A stretch of 64,000 bases of DNA, from contig CAVYGN010000001.1 of assembly GCA_963768055.1 (NCBI GenBank), positions 1,472,001 to 1,536,000 on the forward strand, in the 5' to 3' direction. The stretch's first letter is position 1, and every line of letters starts with the position of its first letter. Made by a program: the position numbers and the translations under genes. The notes beneath the pieces are model-generated. The model saw nothing but the letters and a program-made list of their open reading frames with translations. It was not told the origin of the DNA and did not search any database. This DNA comes from an uncultured Spirochaetota bacterium. Its GTDB lineage: Bacteria; Spirochaetota; Brevinematia; Brevinematales; JAOACQ01. Below are positions 59,394 through 64,000 of this stretch, piece after piece.

Positions 59394-59825
59394 TTAGAGA
59401 TACTTGATCAATGTTATCGTATTTCCGCGGCCTTCCTTATATTCATGGGTCATTTCATCCATGTAATTCTTCATCGTGTGGATTCCCAGTCCATGCGTTT
59501 TCATTTCAGCAAGGTGCTCGCCTATATCTACGGCCGGGAACCTGTTAGGATCGAAGGGCTTGCCCCTGTCTTTCACGGAAACCGATATGCCTTTATTTAT
59601 TTCTTCGACCTCTATTTCAAGGTCCCTCTGCCCCTGGGGAATCTCAGGGTCTGCGGAATAAGAATATCTTATAATATTTGTGCAGAGCTCGTCGACCGCC
59701 ATTTCTATTTCCATCCTGCCTATCTCGTTGAAGCCGATTTTTTCAGCGTATTCGTTTACAAAGGAACGGATCTTTCCCAGGTTCGACAGTTCACCCTGTA
59801 TCTTTAGTACTAATTTACTCAGCAT
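59394..59825 (-). CDS. RsbW-like anti-sigma factor / Ser-Thr kinase (HATPase_c_2)
   Basis: AVDELCTNIIRYSY, DRGKPFDP, HGLGI, GNTITL. Confidence 0.88.
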   Translation of the reverse strand: MLSKLVLKIQGELSNLGKIRSFVNEYAEKIGFNEIGRMEIEMAVDELCTNIIRYSYSADPEIPQGQRDLEIEVEEINKGISVSVKDRGKPFDPNRFPAVDIGEHLAEMKTHGLGIHTMKNYMDEMTHEYKEGRGNTITLIKYL

Positions 59826-59832
59826 GCCGCTT

Positions 59833-60180
59833 TTATTTCAGCATAGATAAGGCCCCGGACACTGAATCTGCAATACTCAGGACCTTGGTAAATCCCATTG
59901 TTTCGAAAACATGCTTGATTTTATCGGACATTCCCGCTATTACGATGTTGCCCCCGGCGGATTTCGCCTCGTTAAAAGAGGCAATAAGCACTCCCAGTCC
60001 TGCCGTAGCTATATAATCGACCCCTTTCATGTCTATGACGATCTTATTGGATTTTCCAAGAAAGCTCTTCATCTGCTTGTCGAACTGGGGCGTCGAGTGG
60101 GCGTCAAGCGACCCTTTTATACCCATGATCCCGACTCCGCTGGACCCCTCCATTCTGAAATTAAACTCCGCTTCTGCCAT
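59833..60180 (-). CDS. STAS-domain anti-sigma-factor antagonist
   Basis: GSLDAHS, DMKGVDYIATAGLG, VFETMGF. Confidence 0.88.
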   Translation of the reverse strand: MAEAEFNFRMEGSSGVGIMGIKGSLDAHSTPQFDKQMKSFLGKSNKIVIDMKGVDYIATAGLGVLIASFNEAKSAGGNIVIAGMSDKIKHVFETMGFTKVLSIADSVSGALSMLK

Positions 60181-60254
60181 AATTTCTCTCCTTTCTTATA
60201 AATTATGCTAATTCCTTTATATATTAACTTTGAACAAATAAATTTACTGAGGGA

Positions 60255-60774
60255 TCACCGCAAAGGCGCCAAGGACGCAAAGGGCTGTCCTGAGGCAGCG
60301 AAGGAGACAGAGTACGCAAAGAATTATAATTGATTTACAATTCTTTTTATCCCGTCTTTCAATAAAATTGAATTAAAGTTTATCAATAAACCCAATTTTA
60401 ATCCAGTTAATTTTAAATATGTTAATAATTGCGCTTCATGTATCAATTCGATTTGATTAACTGATTTTAATTCAATAATTACTTTTTTTTCAACTACTAA
60501 ATCCAATCTATAAACACAGTCTAACAAAATTCCTTTATAATTTACTGGTAATGATTTTTGTCTTTCAAACTTTAAATTTAATTTATTTAATTCATAACAT
60601 AAGCATTCTTCATAAGCTGATTCTAAAAGACCCGGCCCAATTCTTTTATGAACTTCAATCGCTGCCCCAATAATTTTATTGGATAATTCATCTTCAATTT
60701 TTTTCATTTTATTAATTACTTTGCATTTCTTTGCGTCCTTCGATATCTTTGCGACCTTTGCGACTTTGCGTTGA
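60255..60774. mobile_element. Repeat-bounded GxxExxY cassette 2
   Basis: Left (CGCAAAG)n array starting TCACCGCAAAG; right (CTTTGCG)n array ending CTTTGCGTTGA; very AT-rich gene inside. Confidence 0.65.
60324..60707 (-). CDS. GxxExxY protein (PD-(D/E)XK nuclease fold)
   Basis: IIGAAIEVHKRIGPGLLESAYEECL; LDL...IELK; AQLLTYL; GLLINFN. Confidence 0.93.
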   Translation of the reverse strand: MKKIEDELSNKIIGAAIEVHKRIGPGLLESAYEECLCYELNKLNLKFERQKSLPVNYKGILLDCVYRLDLVVEKKVIIELKSVNQIELIHEAQLLTYLKLTGLKLGLLINFNSILLKDGIKRIVNQL

Positions 60775-60790
60775 AAAAAATATTGTTTTA

Positions 60791-61969
60791 CTATATGGTA
60801 ATATCTACTTCAAGTATGAAGATCTGTTCCGGAATACTCCCCGGCAGCTCCCCGAGTTCTTCGGTGTAATACGCGCAGTTTATCGATAAAAGGGGGAAAA
60901 CCAGGCCGACGCCCGCCGTCGGATAGCCTTTGTAAATACCGGCCCTTAGTTTTATGAAAGTGAGCAGACCGATCTCAGCACCCAGCCTTACCTTAAGAAA
61001 AAAATCCTGTGTAAAATCCTGGATATTGTCCAGGTCGAAATAGAAGGTAAGGTCCGAAACGAAATACTGCGGCAGTACCGACTTTATTTTGTAGCTTGAA
61101 CCGATATCTAGTTCGGGGGCCCAGTAGGTCGGCTGGGTATCATTAGTGTTGTATATTTCCTGCTGGTTCGCGGCATACTCCCGCCACGAGAATTGGGTGC
61201 CGAACCAATCCCTTACCACCAGCCCGAGCGAGAGGTCTTCGCTTTTTAACAACAGTCCCGCATCTGAACCTATCGCCTGGCCCCATAAGAAGCCCTTATC
61301 GAAATTTATAAAACTTATTTCGGTATCGTAAGCTTCCAGGAGGCTCATTCGAGGGTTTGAATATTTTAAACGGTTTATGTATTTTACGGTCACACCGCCG
61401 TAAACGGTAGTAAATTCCCCCAGGAAAACAGGAACGGGTATTTTGAACCCTATGCCGGCGAGGCAGTTTAAGTCAAGATAACTCTGAAAATCGAAATAAG
61501 GAAGGCCCGGGTCCTGTTTTGCCGTGATCGAGGACTGCATATCGTCATAAAAAAGGAGTCCCACACCCTGCCAGAGAAAACCAAGGGCGAGCGGACCCTC
61601 CGCGCCAAGCTCCGCTTTCGCGTTAATCAGTGTCTTCCATTGGTCCGGAGTAAGCTGCGAATAATCACCGCCGTTCTTCTGCAGGGCATTATAAATGGTG
61701 TAATAATTATAGAGATCGTAGTTAGCGGAAACGCCGGCCCTGAAAAGGGAAACGAGGAGGTCGTCGTAAAGCGCAAACGCCGCGGGATTCATGAATAGCA
61801 TGCCGTACTTATCGTAGCTTGTCAGTCCCGCCCCGCCTGTGGCTATGATATCGACGGGAGGGGGAGGTTTAAATTCAGTCGATTCTGCGTAGAAATAAAC
61901 TCCTGATGCGGACAAAAAGATTATAAAGAGGATTAAAAGCCGTACCCTCAATTTCGCCCTCCCAATCAA
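60791..61969 (-). CDS. Putative outer-membrane beta-barrel (FadL/PorV/TraF-like)
   Basis: N-terminal signal; 'ATGGAG...LFMNPAA' hatch-like motif; alternating aromatic strands (DAGLLL, RLGAEI, LRAG). Confidence 0.55.
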   Translation of the reverse strand: MIGRAKLRVRLLILFIIFLSASGVYFYAESTEFKPPPPVDIIATGGAGLTSYDKYGMLFMNPAAFALYDDLLVSLFRAGVSANYDLYNYYTIYNALQKNGGDYSQLTPDQWKTLINAKAELGAEGPLALGFLWQGVGLLFYDDMQSSITAKQDPGLPYFDFQSYLDLNCLAGIGFKIPVPVFLGEFTTVYGGVTVKYINRLKYSNPRMSLLEAYDTEISFINFDKGFLWGQAIGSDAGLLLKSEDLSLGLVVRDWFGTQFSWREYAANQQEIYNTNDTQPTYWAPELDIGSSYKIKSVLPQYFVSDLTFYFDLDNIQDFTQDFFLKVRLGAEIGLLTFIKLRAGIYKGYPTAGVGLVFPLLSINCAYYTEELGELPGSIPEQIFILEVDITI

Positions 61970-63090
61970 AGCCCGAAATAATTTGTTATATACTTGCCCA
62001 TATTAACCGCGGTTATGGACGGCATCAACACTCTAAGATCCTGCATGTTCGTCACACCGGAATTTTCCATATCGTTGGTAAAAACCGTAAAAGACTGGAG
62101 AGACAAATGAATGTAACCCGCACCTGAAAGACAGCTGTCGACATTCGCTTCGCTCGTAATAGTTAATGTTGTAACAGCAGTTAAGCCGGGAGGGACAAAA
62201 GCGCCGGTAATCTCAAAATAATTTGTTATATTCAGCGGGCTGATTTGAAGAACGTTGTTGGTCACATTCAGGTTTGAAAGCAATGACGCCAGACTATTGA
62301 CAACCCCGCCTATACTGCTTGTCATCTGACTGAATTCCTGTTTTGCCTGGGATGACAATAAGGAATTTATAATATTGCTTGCCGCAATTGCGCTCTCGGC
62401 CTGATTATTGGTAAGGACAGATAATTTCTGGTTCAAAACCGACATAACGGGAACTACTTTTAAAGCATCTATAGGATTAGGCCCTGATAAATTCGTCAAT
62501 GAAGTAATAAGGCTGATGGCGTTTGTCAGGACTGGATTTTGGGTTACATTGAAGCTGCTGTCTATCGATATAAAATCGTTCGTATCGTTCTGAACGTTGC
62601 CGTCGTTGTCTGTATCCACTGTGAAGAAAATTGAATATATCTCGTTAAAAAAATAGAAATTGAGATTGATGTTTACGTCCTTCGCGGGTATTACACCGTC
62701 GGCCTGGTTGTTTATAATCCTGTAGAGGTGGTTATGAATATAGGAAGAGGAATCGTAGAGCTTGTTCTGCAGGCCTCCTATGGAATAACTCGATGAAATG
62801 ATCAAAGTGACCAGATTCGTGAGCGGTATCCTCTCGTATAGATAGCATGTGCAGGAGCCCTCGATCGCCCTTGAATTATTGGGAGCGAGGGCCATCGCCT
62901 TCGAATAGCAATTATAGGCGTTGGTGTAATCCAGGTTGTTTAGATAATAATCGCCCATTGCGACTAAGGTATTTACATCGTAAACGTTGGTGGAATTCGA
63001 AGGGTTGAATACCGAGAACAGGTTGAAACTGCAGGAATTAAAAAAAGCCGCCAGAAATATTATAAAGATAAAAAGATATAAGCCTTTCAT
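61966..63090 (-). CDS. Putative lipoprotein with an N-terminal TPR
   Basis: Signal ending FFNS-C; 'GDYYLNNLDYTNAYNCYSKAMALAPNN' TPR; N/S/T-rich. Confidence 0.7.
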   Translation of the reverse strand: MKGLYLFIFIIFLAAFFNSCSFNLFSVFNPSNSTNVYDVNTLVAMGDYYLNNLDYTNAYNCYSKAMALAPNNSRAIEGSCTCYLYERIPLTNLVTLIISSSYSIGGLQNKLYDSSSYIHNHLYRIINNQADGVIPAKDVNINLNFYFFNEIYSIFFTVDTDNDGNVQNDTNDFISIDSSFNVTQNPVLTNAISLITSLTNLSGPNPIDALKVVPVMSVLNQKLSVLTNNQAESAIAASNIINSLLSSQAKQEFSQMTSSIGGVVNSLASLLSNLNVTNNVLQISPLNITNYFEITGAFVPPGLTAVTTLTITSEANVDSCLSGAGYIHLSLQSFTVFTNDMENSGVTNMQDLRVLMPSITAVNMGKYITNYFGL

Positions 63091-63321
63091 GTATCCTCTT
63101 TATACTTCTTTTCGGCTATACTGATTTTTAAATTCACAAATTTTATATATATAATTCAACAAATTTAACGGTTTGTCAAATTAATCAAATCAGTATGCAT
63201 TACTTAATAAGCGGTTATTAAAAAATATAATTATTAAATGTATTTGTAAAATTCAGGGTATTTTTTTGGAAAAATAGTAGGTTTATTTTTACTACTATTA
63301 TCAAAATTTAAGCTAAAACTA

Positions 63322-63350
63322 TTGACAGAAATAAAAAAAAAAGAGATAAT
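63322..63350 (+). promoter_or_regulatory. Sigma70-type promoter of ddl
   Basis: TTGACA-N17-GATAAT. Confidence 0.5.
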
Positions 63351-63406
63351 ACAAATGTTTAATTTACAATGTTATCTTTTTTTTAATAATTGGAAGAGGG
63401 GATCCG

Positions 63407-64000
63407 ATGAGGCTGGATGAGGATTTAAACCGTTATAAAGGAAAAAAGATCGGTGTACTCATGGGCGGTCTTTCATCCGAAAGGGAAATCTCTCTTTGTT
63501 CGGGTGAAAATGTTTACAATTCCCTTCTGAATTTAGGTCTGAACGCGGTCAAAATTGACGCAGGCAGGGATCTTATCAGGGACCTTTCAGACACCCGCAT
63601 CGATATCGTTTTCAATATTCTCCATGGTAAATACGGCGAAGACGGCATAGTCCAGGGCATCCTTGAATATCTTGATATTCCCTATACCGGATCAGGCATA
63701 CTCGGAAGCGCAATCGGCATCGATAAGATCATGTCAAAAAAAATATTTATTCAAAACGGCATACCTGTACCACCTCATGTTTGCATAGATATTGCAGATC
63801 CCTTGAAAACCCTGGAAGCTATTGCGTCGGAGATCGGATTCCCGTTCGTTCTGAAGCCGAATTGCGAGGGATCCAGTATCGGCGTGTCCCTGATAAAGGA
63901 CGATTCTGATTACAGGAGTAAAATCGCCGGCCATATTGACGAATATCCATGTTCTTATGCGGAAAGATATATTGCCGGCAAGGAGATAACGATAGGCATA
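63407..64000 (+). CDS. ddl: D-alanine--D-alanine ligase, 3'-truncated by the window edge (not in the ORF track)
   Basis: Manual translation: MRLDEDLNRYKGKKIGVLMGGLSSEREISL...LHGKYGEDG...IPYTGSG...DKIMSK...LKPNCEGSSIG. Confidence 0.93.
   Translation, partial: MRLDEDLNRYKGKKIGVLMGGLSSEREISLCSGENVYNSLLNLGLNAVKIDAGRDLIRDLSDTRIDIVFNILHGKYGEDGIVQGILEYLDIPYTGSGILGSAIGIDKIMSKKIFIQNGIPVPPHVCIDIADPLKTLEAIASEIGFPFVLKPNCEGSSIGVSLIKDDSDYRSKIAGHIDEYPCSYAERYIAGKEITIGI

Noticed and set aside
58574..59807. Long plus-strand ORFs of 239 and 279 aa
   Set aside because: They are antisense shadows of ymdB and the RsbW-like gene with no recognisable motifs; the same applies to most short overlapping ORFs in the track.

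Overview
Bacterial chromosomal window of about 55 CDSs with moderate GC. It is probably an anaerobic spirochaete; this is inferred from the ComFB/DUF2225/TPR/SpoIIE block, the Cys-lipoproteins, RNase HIII and a FadL/PorV-like barrel, not from a marker gene. Core genes: htpG, trpB2, rnhC, tRNA-Gly(TCC), guaB, dapB, tldD, gltBD, superoxide reductase, ymdB-like, ddl (truncated). It also has a nickel-pincer-nucleotide cluster (larC-larB, a Ni/Co ECF transporter, larE) with no larA, partner-switching genes (3 STAS, 1 RsbW-like kinase, 1 GAF-PP2C), two PIN toxin-antitoxin pairs and three exported ankyrin proteins. Most interesting signals: (1) two GxxExxY nuclease-fold genes, each boxed by its own family of inverted short tandem-repeat arrays, one splitting the Ni-ECF operon, plus orphan or empty arrays of similar design elsewhere, suggesting a transposase-free cassette system; (2) an ATP-grasp ligase fused to a Cys4-bearing FMN alpha-hydroxy-acid dehydrogenase, tightly linked to trpB2 and a radical SAM gene; (3) a ComFB-microprotein-DUF2225-TPR-PP2C-STAS operon; (4) an unannotated ~170-nt rod-like RNA candidate (6S-like); (5) a decayed sigma54-activator pseudogene missed by the ORF track. 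All calls come from reading motifs by eye; no searches were run.
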